64,000 nucleotides of DNA, taken from contig CM068758.1 of assembly GCA_035084275.1 (NCBI GenBank), positions 10,540,001 to 10,604,000 on the forward strand, read 5' to 3'. A model generated the notes under the pieces. That model worked only from the letters and a program-made list of their open reading frames with translations, was not told where the DNA came from and searched no databases. Shown here in pieces: positions 11,266-24,100 of the stretch (positions are counted from its first letter, which is position 1; each line of letters starts with the position of its first letter). Source of the DNA: Hydrolagus colliei. Its lineage: Eukaryota. Made by a program: the position numbers and the translations under genes.

Positions 11266-13269
11266 TTGAGACGAGAATCTACTCAATCCTAGCACCAATC
11301 TGAGCAATTTGTACTGCGACAATGATGACACTTTCCCCTCATCAAAACTCTCCTCTTGAAAGATCCTTTAGAAATGGCAGAAACGTCTGAAATACACGAC
11401 CCAGCCAGGATAACAAATGTTGATGTGTTGGGTTACCAACCGTTTCATCAGATCAGCAACCACAAATTACAGTCCAAAATCAGAGTTGAAAAGTTGGTAC
11501 TGTATTTATCAAAGATCTGCACAACTTTTATCTATGAAATGGACACAAAGTACAGTCAGATTATGACAAAAGAACAGGTGAAAGAAACATCAGACTGCAG
11601 CATCTCGGCACTACTCATAGCTCCAGGGTTCCTTACTGCTATATAAACAGAAGAATGTGGAGTCAGGAAACTTGCCCAACCTTTCGCCCCTGCACGGGAA
11701 TAGAACCAAGGTCGTTTCGCTTGCTCGGCGAGTGCTCTAACCACTAAGCTGCAGGACTCCACTTGTTAGTCATATGTGTGAGTCGCTTTGCAGAGGTCAA
11801 GTGACTCAGTTCCACCAGTTAAAACAATAAATTTGAATAATTTTGAGTTACTTCCAATTGGTGACTTTTTTTTTACTGCTGGTGGCGAGTTCGAGGAATC
11901 AGTGGAGTAGAAAATGGGTGTGTTCAGCTTGAACGCAGTTAGTGCTTTAATGTCTCCCAAATGGCTTAAAACGTGATATCTCGAGATCTTGAAATATGAA
12001 TAGATTCATATCCCAATAAACTGAAAATTCATTGCGTGGCAGTTTTTCTTCGAAAAAAAACACACAAAATTCGTGTTGAAATCTTCCACGAGGTTAAGAA
12101 GCAGAAGTAACCATACCAAGCTTTTTTTGAAAGGAGAGCCTTCACACGCCTGAAATCACAACAGATTCTATATGTGGCTTTGTCAAGGAGAGTTGAATCG
12201 AGCTTAATGAGCAGATATGAGTGCCAGATGCAGATTTCAATGGCCAGGTGTGTGTATAGACTGTGTAAAAAGGATTCCATTGTTTCCTTGCTCCTTGCCT
12301 CTTCTTGTTCTTCTTGCATTGGGTTGGGCCAGTCTATGAGGTTTTCTCTGAAGGTACCTTTCCGGGTTATTCAGTCCTCCCCACCCCCTTTATTTTCTAT
12401 TCGATGAATCGATCGCTAGATGCAAAGCGTCCTGACCAGTGAAGTATGAATGAAACGCATGGTCAATCATGTGCGATTGGATTCAGGAACAATCAGCATG
12501 CTCTCATGTTCTTTTCATGTTCCTTCCACTGCATTGTGTGTGAGTCATGGAACATGACACTGATCCAACAATAGATACCATCGAAAGACTAGAGGGGAAA
12601 CCGCAGTCCTGGCATTGTGTCAGAGAACTTATCCATTCATACCATCGCCATTATGTTCTCAGCAGGAAACGTTCCATAATGTTGTGTTGTCTATGTGCCC
12701 ATGATTATCTTATTCCACTGAAAGAAAACCAGGTCAGAGCAATTACTTATCAGCGAAATTACAATTTTGAAATTAGCAATTGCAAAAATAGTTCCAGAAA
12801 TAATTATTTCGAAATAATAATCTAAAATGAACCTTTCCTGCAGGATACATTAGGCTGAAGAAAGCACAGTGCAGATGATGAGCATATTAATTTGTTTCTC
12901 TGCACCTGAATCATCCATTACCAAACAGTGTAATTTTCTTTGTTCCTGGAATCAACCAGTATAGATCTTTGACCTCATGGCTTTGCTCCAGCTGTCTCTG
13001 GCCACAATTTTGTTCTTACAATCATAGAATCTTACAACACAGAAGTAGGTTATTCAGCCCATCACGCCTGTGCCAGCTCTTTGAAAGAGCTATCTAACCA
13101 GTCCCATCCCACCACCTCTTTTACTCCATTGTCCGGCAAATTATTTCCTTTTTTAAGTACCTATCCAATTCTCTCCCGTGCTCAGCATTTCAGAATTTTG
13201 TTGGGATTTTCCCAGCGTTGCTTTGATAATGATAATAATAGTATTATTATTGATGTGTTTTGACGTAAT

Positions 13270-13523
13270 TTAATCCTTGCATTTGGTATAGAACCTTCCA
13301 CGTCTTCTCAATGTCTCAAAGTGCTTCACAGAATATACTGAGGGCAAAACGCAGCATCCATTTACGCACAGTAGTGTCCACAAAGAGATGCAGATTGAAT
13401 TGACCACTTTATTATTATTGATTATTATCAGGCGCATGGAATAAGGAAACTCGCTGAACATTTTGGCCCTGCCGGGAATCGAACCCAAGTCTCCCACTTG
13501 CGAGGCGAGTATTCTAACCACTC
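13270..13523 (-). mobile_element. Deu-domain SINE
   Basis: Tail, body and head (CCGGGAATCGAACCC...CTAACCACT) on the minus strand. Confidence 0.85.
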
Positions 13524-13934
13524 TAAAATATCATCGAAGGGGTGTTACACCCATTAATAACAGCATGAGGAACCTAATGTAGAAGTTAGGGCCTGAAAAA
13601 ATGTCCGGATGACACTTTGATTTATTGTAGTGCCAATACAGAAAGATAGCCAGATGCCATTAACAAACTGGCCTCATATGAATCAAGTTTGAAAGAAAAG
13701 GAGTTCGTCAGACACTTGATTTAGCATTTTTTTACAATTGTGGAATTCAATTAAGTAAATTACGTCAAAACACATCAATACAGCGTCTGTGTGACAAAGA
13801 AGTCGCACTGCTCTGCGGGCTATTTCACTGCTTCACCAAACACTTTCTCATGAAGACTGTAGCTTTCTAAAGTCCCACTGTGCACAAATATACTTACAAT
13901 ACGGAAACCGACATGTCTAAATATTGGGCCAGTT

Positions 13935-14275
13935 TATAATAATAATCCTTGCATTTGATATAGCGCTTTTCACCTCTTATCGACGTCCCAAAGTGCTTCA
14001 CAGAATATACTGTAAAGTGAATTGACTGCATATATTTGTGGGCGAATCGTGGCAGCCAATTCCACACAGCAGTGTCCCACAAACAGTTCGTGGATTGAAA
14101 TGACCAGTTTTATTTTTGTGTTCTTTTTTGGAGGGATTATTATTAGGCGTGTGGAGTAAGGAAACTTGGTCAAGGTTTCGCCCTGAACTGCCTGGATTCG
14201 AACACAGGTCTCCCCAGCTTGGTCTCCCCAGCTTGGCAAGACGAGTGGTCTAACCACTGAGCCACAGGAGCTCCA
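13935..14275 (-). mobile_element. Deu-domain SINE, full length, with a 14-bp tandem duplication in the tRNA head
   Basis: Complete copy; GGTCTCCCCAGCTT occurs twice in tandem at about 14207-14234. Confidence 0.9.
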
Positions 14276-15519
14276 GATATAAGATATCCATGAGAGAAGG
14301 AGACACATTTTTTTCAATAAATTTTGTGGTGAACAGTCGCAAATTCTTCTCAATATAGTATATCAGCTAAAATTCATGATTACTTAATGTGATCAAAGTA
14401 ATTTCTTAGGATAAGTGGTAGACCACATGCCTTTGGAATGTTGTTTCTTTGTTGGAGAAGTAAATTATTGTTTGACTGTCACAAAGTGGCAGTCCTTCAG
14501 CGAAAGGCTTTTAGTAGCCATAGTAACAGGCCATTGGGGGTCAAGGCATAAGAAACAGAACTGGAATTAGTGTCTGTAAACAACCTGGATTCTACTAAAG
14601 TGATATATTCATGAGCTCTTATGCAAAGTCAATGTTAGTGGTTGATCGGCTTTTTATCTGGGACAAAATATTGGTCAGACCTTTGACAAATGGCTCATTA
14701 CCATGAATGATACCCAGAAATATTTTGAGAGAAAACAACAGAATCTAGATTTTTCTTTATACGGATAAAATGTGGGAAAGCTTTCCGATGGACGGAGCAA
14801 AGGCATGAAACAGGGTAGAAGGAACAGAAAACTTCTGGGGTGGAAGGAAATGGTGAATATAATAAAAGAAAAGCCTGGGAAGTAACCAGTTAACAAGATG
14901 TGGGACAGAAGAGGAAACATGATTCAGTGTCAAAATAAATTCCATGTAAATATTATTACCATTTCATATTGACAATAAGCCATTTGACAAAGGTCTCTGT
15001 ACTCTGTTTCCTCCATCACCTCTGATAATTATTAAAAGCTTTACGACTTGAATCATGTTGCTTCTAGGTTTTTCCTTTTATCTGTGTTGTATATTGGAGC
15101 TCTCTATGGAGCCTTATAAAATCCAAGGTATATTTTTTTTGAATGGTCAGTGAACAGGATGTAATGGGGATGGAATCCACAGGCATAGCATCCTCTTTGG
15201 CATTTCCAGTACACAGCATGAAGATTTCTGATTCCATATCCTCAGCTGTTCTCTGTACAGTAATTAGAACCTAAATCAATGGTGGCCAATATTTTTGGTC
15301 TGCCAACCAAATAATTTTTTCTTCCATGAATATTTCTTGATTAATAGTCACACCATAAGTATCACTACTCAGTAACTACCAGAAACAAAATATTGATTTT
15401 GTTTGATTTACCTAGACCGGTAAAAATGTTGGGCGAGTCACTTCTTAACACCCCCCCCAACGGACCACTTTTCACCCGTGGACTACGGGTTGGCCGTGAC
15501 TGACCAAAATGGACCTTGT

Positions 15520-15835
15520 CAAGTCCCGTAGCAGACAGAGTGGTAAGCGAGCTCACCTCGCAAGCAAGAGGACCCGGATAAGATTACTGGACGGGACAAA
15601 ACGTTCATCAAGTTTCCTATTTTCTAATGCTTCTATTTACCAGGCAGTTGGAACCCAGTTATTGGTCGACTGGAGGATCGTTTTCCGGAAGTAATAATAA
15701 TCCCTGCCCCAAAGACTGTAGGGGAGTAATTAGCTCCTGTGTTTCGCCCACATAATTCACTTTACAATATATTCTGCAAAGTGCTTTGAGGCATCTCAAC
15801 AATGTGATAAGGCACGGCTCATCATTATTATTATT
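15520..15835 (+). mobile_element. Diverged long-form SINE copy
   Basis: Head AGTCCCGTAGC...GTGGTAAGCGAGCTCACCTCGCAAGC, long-form segment CTATTTACCAGGCAG, and tail. Confidence 0.7.
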
Positions 15836-17264
15836 TCATCATAACCTTATGCTTTAATGTGAGGATCTAATTCGTAGTATTCCTTTCACTGAATTCTGAA
15901 GAAACACTGAAGAAATTTTGCATTTTAAACCCTTTTTTGTGAAGGAGAAAAACTGATATCAGTACGGATTTAAATGGCTCATCCTGCAAGCCTTAACAAT
16001 CCTACACAAGTCAGGTATCGAGAGACAAGCACACCAATGAGACAGAGTAGGTGAGAAAATGCAATCACAGCCTCCTGAATTGGCTCAGCTTCAAGAAACC
16101 AACTGAATATAGTAGACTGCAGACTGTACGCCGACCACTTTTGTTTCTCTGTAAACGACAGGTAGTTTAAAGAAACTACATGTAGTTAGGGCTATCAATA
16201 TCAGTACCCTCCCCCTAATCATTGAATCTTGCCAGCAAAGATCTTTTGAAATAAATAGCATGAAAGCTGAGACTTTTTCTGAGACTTTCTCCTTAATTAT
16301 AGAACGACAAAGGCTATAATTCCAGTTCATATAATTTAATCAAGTATTCCTATCATATTTGTACATTTTGTTGACTTTGGAAAAGGAAATTACTCTACGA
16401 CAGGAAATGAGAGATTCTTAAAATAGACTCTGGGTTCTTTCTGTTGCACTCCACTTTTAATTAACTTGGAAACAAATAGAGAGTTTTTAAAAAAAACTAT
16501 TTTAAGGGAATTATTTGCGACAGGGCATAAATGCTATCATTATATTAATCTTGACTAAACAAAAACAACTGTGTTTGCTTCACTCTCTTACTTTAATTAC
16601 ACTGTATATAGTTTATACTTAAAATTACATTACCCTTGATGTATATTACAGTGCCATCTAGTGCATACAAAAGCAAGGGTGTTTACTTCATATAATGTAC
16701 TGAATTTGTTTTAAAAAAGTAGAAAACTTTTCTAGTAGAAACAGAGTAGAAGCAATATTTGCTTACAAATAAAGTCATTACACCTTACATTATCATTATT
16801 TATGAAATGCTTGGCGGCATTATATCAAATGTAGGGATCACTAGCATTGATGGAGACACATACGACATTCACAATAGGTGGGAAGACCATGGTATTGGCA
16901 CAGTCTGACACCTTCAGAGTATGAAATATGAGTGCTGAATTAAGCTACACTGAGAACGTTTCACTGAGGCCTCCTCCCCAACATTAATATGACGGTGAGA
17001 AGTCAGCCAACGGCAAAGGTTCATACAGAACTGTATGTTGTGGGGGAAAAATGTCACAGCAATTGAGATGTGATAGCGGCTTCAGGAAGAACAATACAGT
17101 ACATTATTGTTTAGGAGAGTGAGGGCTTTGCAGAAAGGCTACTATTAGGGAAAACAATAGTGATGAATTTGGCCAATTGAACTCCAGGTGAGGGCATAGC
17201 TATATAGTTTGTAGATGCAACACAATCTGATGTTATTGGGAGAGCTGACACAAATATTGGAAAT

Positions 17265-17590
17265 CTTAGAATCATAGCACAAAAGGAAGCCATTCAGCCC
17301 ATCATGTCTGTGCCGGTTCTTTGAAGAGCGTTGTCCAAATCAATCCCACACGCCTGCTCTCTCCCCATAGCCCTGCCAACCTGTCTTCCCTATATAATTA
17401 TCTAATTCTCTCTTAAAAGTTGTTATTGAATCAGCTTCCACCATCCTTTCAGGCAACGCATTCCAGATCCCAACAAGTCGTAGTATGAAAATATTTCTCC
17501 TCACCTCCCCTTTGTTTCTTCTAACAATTATTTTAAATTGGTGTCCTCGGGTTACCGATCCATTCGCCAATGGAAATAGCTTCTCCGTGA
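17265..17590 (-). mobile_element. CR1-clade LINE 3' end (second family)
   Basis: Minus-strand ORF 17340-17570 reads TRGHQFKI...RRNIF..RLVGIWNALPERMVEADSITTFKRELD, the CR1 ORF2 C-terminus. Confidence 0.85.
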
Positions 17591-18354
17591 TTCTGTTTTT
17601 TTTTGGTCAGCCGAGTGTCTGACACAGGGAAAACATTGCTCTACTTAAGCGTATCTAACCCAGACTGAGAGTTGAGCTCAGGAGTATGATTGAACCTAGA
17701 TTACAATTTATATTTATATAGTGGATCATGTGGGTAGAATGCTGGAAAGCACTTGATATTTCTGGCTGGGCACTGAAGCTGAGGGTGGGAGATAAGGAGG
17801 GTGAAGATGGGAAAGATGAGACCACAAACATGATCAAACAGGTACAGTTTGAGACAGAAACATTTCTGTGTCTGGAATGGAGTGGCCATTCTCCATCTCC
17901 CTCCTCACACTACCACTACCGAATGAATGGGACACAATAATGCTACTATACAATTTATATTTATACAGTGCCTTTTGTATTGAGAATACATCTCAAAGTG
18001 CTTGACACTGGGCACCTAAACTGTGAAGTACCATGTTTGCTTACTCCAAAACTGATCACAGTTACCAAGATCCTGAAGGGGTCACTTTAAAGCATTCTGA
18101 AACGCCAACTGGCATGAGGGGCGCTATATAAATACAATACAAAAATACACATGTATAGTGACTTTCAAGACGGGAGGATGTCCCAAGGCGCTGGACAGTC
18201 AACAATTTGGACCCGAGATGTGGGAGAGGGTTTGGGTAAGGGAGGGTGGAGGGCAGGGAGGGTAGGAGGGTGGACAAAGGCACGGTCGCAGAGGAAAGTC
18301 TTGATTCAAGTTGTTGTTAAAATCCATACCGATGTGCAAGAGCAGTTTGGCTCG

Positions 18355-18662
18355 ATTATTATTATTGATAATAATAGTTCTTGCATTTGATACAGCACTT
18401 TTTCACATCTTCTAGACGTCTCAAAGCGCTTCACAGAATATACTGTAAAGTGAATTGAGTGTATGTTTGTGGGTGAAACGCCAATTGCACACAGCAGCGT
18501 TCCCACAAACAGTCAAGGATTGAAATGACCAATGCATTTTTTTTTAGGGATTATTATCAGGCGTGTGGAATAAGGAAACTTTGCCCAAGATTTCACCCTG
18601 GAGTACCAGGAATCAAACCTAGGTCTCTCACGTGCAAGGCGAGGGCTCTAACCACTGAGCTA
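18355..18662 (-). mobile_element. Deu-domain SINE, full length, just upstream of the promoter
   Basis: Complete reverse-complement copy. Confidence 0.9.
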
Positions 18663-18749
18663 ATTACAGTATTATTAATAATGTAAGTGATTGACTTTCA
18701 CTCAGGGTCTGTGTGTTTTCCTTGTTTCCTTCAGTTAGCAACACCCTTG

Positions 18750-19200
18750 CCCCTCATTGGCTGAGACCCATCGACGATGGGTGGGGCTCGTGCTTTGTGG
18801 ACCAATCAGAGTGGAGGCAACGTTGCGACCAATCGCCTTCTGCGGTGCGGACGGTCCAGCGGCTGTGAGCCAATGGGAGTGAGGCAGGTTCACCTGGTTG
18901 GGTCGATCGGTCGCCGATTGGCTCAAACAGCAGCGAACCCCTCCCCCCCCCCCCCGCCCCGCCGCCGCCGGAGTTGGACCAATGGTGTGCGCGGCTCCGG
19001 GAGGCGGGAGGTGCAGCCCGGCGCGCGGACAGACCAGTGGCGGAGGGGGCCGTTCGAACTGACTCGAGCCCAACTGTCAGGAGTTTGTCGAGCGGCGAGG
19101 AGAGGAGAGCAGAGCAGAGCAGAGCAGAGCGCTGCGGAACGAGTGAGTGAAACAGACAGAGAGAGAGAAGAGGAAAACCTCCCGTTTGAGGAGCCGCCAA
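18750..19200 (+). promoter_or_regulatory. CpG-island, TATA-less promoter with six CCAAT (NF-Y) boxes and a GC box; likely promoter of the Sidekick gene
   Basis: ATTGG 18756-18760, CCAAT 18802-18806, 18829-18833, 18870-18874, ATTGG 18917-18921, CCAAT 18979-18983; CCCCGCCCCGCC at about 18952-18963; dense CpG; lies 1.3-1.7 kb upstream of a first coding exon. The TSS cannot be read from sequence. Confidence 0.75.
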
Positions 19201-19210
19201 AGAAAACACG

Positions 19211-19240
19211 ATGAAAAACCGGAGGAAATTAGCAGAATAA
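19211..19240 (+). other. Candidate upstream ORF (MKNRRKLAE*) in the presumed 5' leader
   Basis: acgATGAAAAACCGGAGGAAATTAGCAGAATAA with A at -3; only meaningful if this stretch is in the mature mRNA. Confidence 0.3.
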
Positions 19241-20473
19241 GCGGGGGGTTACCTTATAGAATTGACTTTGACTTCTTGCCAGACGGTTTTATTTATTTTA
19301 TTTGTGTGGGGGTGAGGGGGGAGATTTATATTTCGCTCCTCGTCTTTTTCAAAAAAAATGATAAGTATATATTAGATGACATTTGGATACAGAGGTGGGA
19401 TGTCACTAAACTAGCGCATCTTGCTGTTGAAAGAAGGCAAACCTGGTAGCCCCCCCCCCCCCCCCCCCCCTCCCTCCCCACCCACCCTCTCGACTAGACC
19501 TGACAACTTTTGAACAAAAAGCTAACTTCAAAACTTTGATTCTGCTTAAAAACGTTCAAAACTCCTCGGGAGGTCTTCCCGTCTTCCCTCCACCGCACCC
19601 CCCCCCCCCACCTCCCCACGCCAGCCTTTCCTTCTGGACGAAGATTAAAATTTCCTTTTTGTTTGTTTGTTTGTTTGTTAGTTTGTTAGTCAACTTTGAA
19701 AAAACAACACTCTCGTCTCCATTCGCATCTTTAAGGAGGGACGAAGACGTACTTAATATTTTTAAAGAGAAATAAGTTCCCCCCTCCCTCACTCCCTCCC
19801 TCCCTTCCTCCATCCCCTTTTTATTTTTTTTCCCCCATCACCCTCCTGCCCCGGAATATCTAATCCCAAGTATCGCCCATTTAGGTGGCAAACTTTAGGT
19901 GATGGGTGTGGGAAGGAGGGAGAGATCGTAAAATCAACTCGATTCAAGTTTGTTTTCCGATGTGTCCCATTTGGTTTTAAGAGGAGGAGGGAAGAAGAAG
20001 AAGAACCCCCACCCCACACACACACAAAATAGTTAAGGATACGTCTGTAAGGAGTTCATTTGCAAAGACAGGAGTTTTGAAGGAACATAAAGACCCCCCC
20101 CCAAAAAAAAAGGGGGAAGTGGGGTGGAGAGAAGAGAGGGAGAGGAGAGAGAGTCAGAGGGATTTCATCTTTCCCCTGGATTGCACAACTTGGAATTTTT
20201 GTTCTTGAAGAAACGGTTAAGTGGCTGATTCCAGGAAATCGAGACTTTGCGAGTAGGATCCGACCCCTGACCCGGGAGAAGGTTAATCATTGATTCCCAA
20301 AGGCGGCAAGGGATTAACACCCTGCCCATTACAAGGCAGCAGGCAGGCAGGCGGTACACCAACCACTCGGCTCCCAAGTAAACCCGGTTGCTTTTTGCTG
20401 AACGTTTGGGAGATTGGAACAGAAAAGGTTTTTGGGGGGACACCGTTAGGATATCTGCAATTGAACGGCGAGG

Positions 20474-21107
20474 ATGGTGAAGAACGATGCAACTCCACTG
20501 ACCCACGATCAACAGATGAGGGGATCCGCGAGTTGCGGAGTGATCGATGAGCAAGTCACCGTGCTACATGTGGATGGTGACCGCCGCCTGGAAGTGATCG
20601 AGACCCGGCCGGGAAATGGGTTAAGAGAGGCGACCGGTAACCCGAGCAGAGGGACGACGGGGGAATCGCACTCTGGTTTGAGTCAGAAACTAATCGTGGA
20701 CCCGACGACATCGGCAATCAATCATCACCCGAAGGGTCGATACCAAAGGATAGTATTGCACGAACTGATCAGGCCCCTTCACCCAGGAGAGATCAGTGAG
20801 CAGAGGCTGGACCAGCGTCCAGCTCGAATCCATAATCAGGGGGGCAGAATTGCCAAAGGAAACCGGAGCACGGACTGCACAATCAATAACCAAAAGGAAA
20901 TAAACCAAGACCACTGTTTGAGAATCATTGATAACCAGGTAATCGGGAACAGACTCAATCAACTGATTATGGGACCGAAAACCGGAGTTTTCCAAAAAAC
21001 GATCGGGTATGCTGGTGCAAGAGGAAACTTTAATTTGTTTGGATGTTTGTGGCGATTGTGGACGTTTGTGTTGTTTCACATCCACGTGCTGCAGACCCTG
21101 GCTCAAG
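20474..21107 (+). CDS. sdk1: First coding exon of protein sidekick (Ig/FN3 cell adhesion molecule), most likely sidekick-1; encodes an N-terminal extension plus the signal peptide
   Basis: Open frame from aggATGG (strong Kozak) ending LWRLWTFVLFHIHVLQTLAQ, then a phase-1 consensus donor AAG|GTAAGC at 21107/21108. Matches the recalled SDK1 signal-peptide end WWALLALQLHLLRALAQ|DDVAPYF, and the leftover G fits the Asp codon. An alternative in-frame ATG lies at 20969. Confidence 0.8.
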
Positions 21108-24100
21108 GTAAGCTAAGATTGTAAAATTGAACTAGTTTTTAACGCCCTCCATCCTCCGACTTCAACTTTAATCCTCTGAGAAATTAAATGAGGTTTCGAA
21201 AGTAGAAGATATGTTTTAAAACGTTGTTAAAATTTTGCAACCTTCGTAATGGGCAGTTAAGAATGCAGCACTTGCTGTATTTTATTCCAGCACTTTATTT
21301 TAGCACGTTAGAAATCACGTTTGCTTCGTTTAACTGATTTAGGATTTGACTTAAATTTGGTATTCTGTAACTTGTAACTCAAACCGAGTGCTCAAAGGGT
21401 TAAATGTTGAACGTGGAATTCAGTAGTATTCTTGTGCTTATCAGTTTCCAAAGGATGTTTACTCCTCTCGCTGACTTTCCAGTGCTAACGAACAACCAAC
21501 CCGAATAAAACAAATACCTTGTGAGCGAGATAACGAGACTGCAGTCGATTTAGGATACTTGTACTATATGTTGAAAATTTAAAGTTAAATCGCAAACCCG
21601 CATAAATATGCACTGATAGGCACAACCCATTCCATTCTTCTAACATGTAATTCCTTACAAAATTGCAACGCTGAGCGGCAGTAAACTGTGGGTAATATCA
21701 TTTACCATACCTATCAAATACAAGTTCACAACTCTCGTATCTGTTGATCTAGATATTGTATAATCAACACTATGTAGTGGCTTCGTGTGCACTCGAATTT
21801 GTTTTGGTAAAATCTTAAGCCACGCTTGCACTGTATAAAAACAACATTGAATCTGAGGATCAATGATGCAAGTGATTTTTATCCCGCAGTGCCCTTAACA
21901 CCGTGTGTGCTAGATAGACATTGTCAACTGGTTTTGCCGGGTGGAAAAAAACGATTGTTTGTTGCAATTTAACCATAACCCTTATTCTATCCTGACAGTC
22001 CATTCATCACCCCTCCCAGTAATAGTACTCCAGTTTACTCGAATCCCTGAAGATGTATTGCTTCTTTCTGTTAGATGGTAAATCTCTTGACTCCCAAACC
22101 TTTTGATTTTAGTATTAAAAGATCATTTTTATCATTTAAATATTTAAATTTATATTATATAGTACCTAATTTTATTAAATTGACTTCTATTTAGTTCTCC
22201 TGAAATCTGAAATTAACTCAATGAACCTGGTCCACATTCTAAACTTTGCAATTCCAGTTTCAGATTGATTGCAGCTAAATCATAACTGTGTTATGATTAT
22301 TTTCAATTATCTCTAGGGATAGATCTTAATATTTATTCAAATTGATATCTACCATTTTAAGAAATATGCAGTTATTGAACAGCAAAATAATAAAAACTAA
22401 AATACTGAGGTAATCTGACAACAACAACAAAATTACATTTAAAGACCGCCTTTCATGTTGGGAAAACATCATTCAACACAGTTGTTTCAATCCATGTATG
22501 GGAGCCTCTCAGACCATTTCACCCTGTTCCAAAGTAAGTTCTCAAAATGAGTTGAGATTTGTGTTGTTGTGCCTCTCTGATCTTCACAGACCACTTACCA
22601 TCTGGTTAAGAGACTGGTATGGGCAGCTAAATCTTTCCAAGGGCTCTGTCAGTGTTGTTCTGGACTGCTGCCAGGATGTAACTTATATTAGACTAGGGCT
22701 GATTTGCCAACTGATTTGTGTTTTCCCCTTCTGTCTAAGTCAATACGTACCGGCCTACATTTGCCTGTGATGGTGTAGGAACTATGTATAGTGGGGAATT
22801 GAACCATCATACTTTCATTTCCATGCTACGGAAATATGTTTTCGCTTTTTTAACTTGTATTGAAAATTATATATAAGTTATAACTTAACAAGACTATTTT
22901 GGTTTAGAAAACCATGGAAAAATCCAAAATAAATCCCAGGGCAGGTCACTGAAATTACATTATTTTGCTCCCCAAAAATGTACCAGTACTAATATAGTTT
23001 TATAATGTATTGCTTGTTGCATATTTATATTTAATGATGTGGTAGCATTTATATATCCGTGTATCTGTCTGAGGGTACAAGTACCAAAGAAAATTAGTGT
23101 CCCCTGAACCAATTTTTATTTGTCCCAGGCAAATTAAGTTGCTATTTTCTCACTCCATTAAAATACTTTCTTTAAGTGTCAAGTTGTCACATTGAAGGTA
23201 AATTTTAGGAATAGGTGGCCGTTGTGCCCAGTAGTCTGATCTCTGCCACTGGATTTTGGTTTCCTTTGAACAATGGTGGTGGAGATGAAGGTTGTTGGAT
23301 CTTATGGACATGCAAACTGACACTGTGACTGAATCTATTATCCGATGTATGTTTGTGCTTTGCAAATGGATGAAAATCATTTCGAAAACTGTCTTCAAAT
23401 AAATCAGGAATTTCTATGCACTGCAGGTGCTAAAAACATTCTCAGTGTTCTTATTACGAGAACATGCAACACTTGCCAAGCCCAGTTTTTAATAAATAAA
23501 TAATCCTTGCAATTGATACAGCGCTTTTCACATCTCAAAGCAATTCACGGGACTCATTGGATAGTGTAGTCACTGTATATTGTGTAGACAAAAAGCTACT
23601 TCCACGTACATGTTTGTCACCTAAGAGTAATAATTCCAATTCTTACTGGGCCATCTTAACTCTTAGGAAACCAGATATACAATTTTAGGAATAATTTGAA
23701 ACATTGGACAGCATTTTCTTTAGTGATGGAGGCTATTTCATATACCGATCTGCTAGCAGCAAAATAAATCCTTTGCTATAATTTCATAAATGTGTTCCCC
23801 TTTCTATGACTTTAGATCTATGTAATGGACAGTTTTCAGTAATAAAGCTTTTTCATACCTTTCAGTTGCTGTCACACTATTAATGTATTGCGGCCTGAAA
23901 TGAGCTTTCAGGCCATTAAGAAAGGTTTGGGTATGAGGAAAAACCCTCCAGCAAAATTAGTTTTATAGGAGCAATTCAAGTAATTGCATCTATAAAGGTC
24001 AACTGACAAGGTGGAAATTTCTGCATAATTGTAAATGTGAGCAACAGGGATAATGATAAAGTTTGCATCCATTTTCTGTTGCAACTTGGTCCTGGCAGCA

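Noticed and set aside
15405-15515. Short CpG-containing segment with hairpin ACCCGT-GGACT-ACGGGT
   Set aside because: Possibly an old DNA-transposon end, but no partner TIR or TSD found; a 6-bp stem is expected by chance.
18735-19449. Overlapping 100-151 aa ORFs at the CpG island
   Set aside because: GC-rich promoter sequence depleted of stops; mostly non-ATG starts and low-complexity translations.
20690-21106. 138-aa antisense ORF
   Set aside because: Shadow of the sense Sidekick exon; no independent support.
21030-21107. Assignment to sdk2 instead of sdk1
   Set aside because: The HxLQxLAQ ending and the long N-terminal extension fit recalled SDK1 better than the short SDK2 leader; not fully excluded without exon 2 or synteny.
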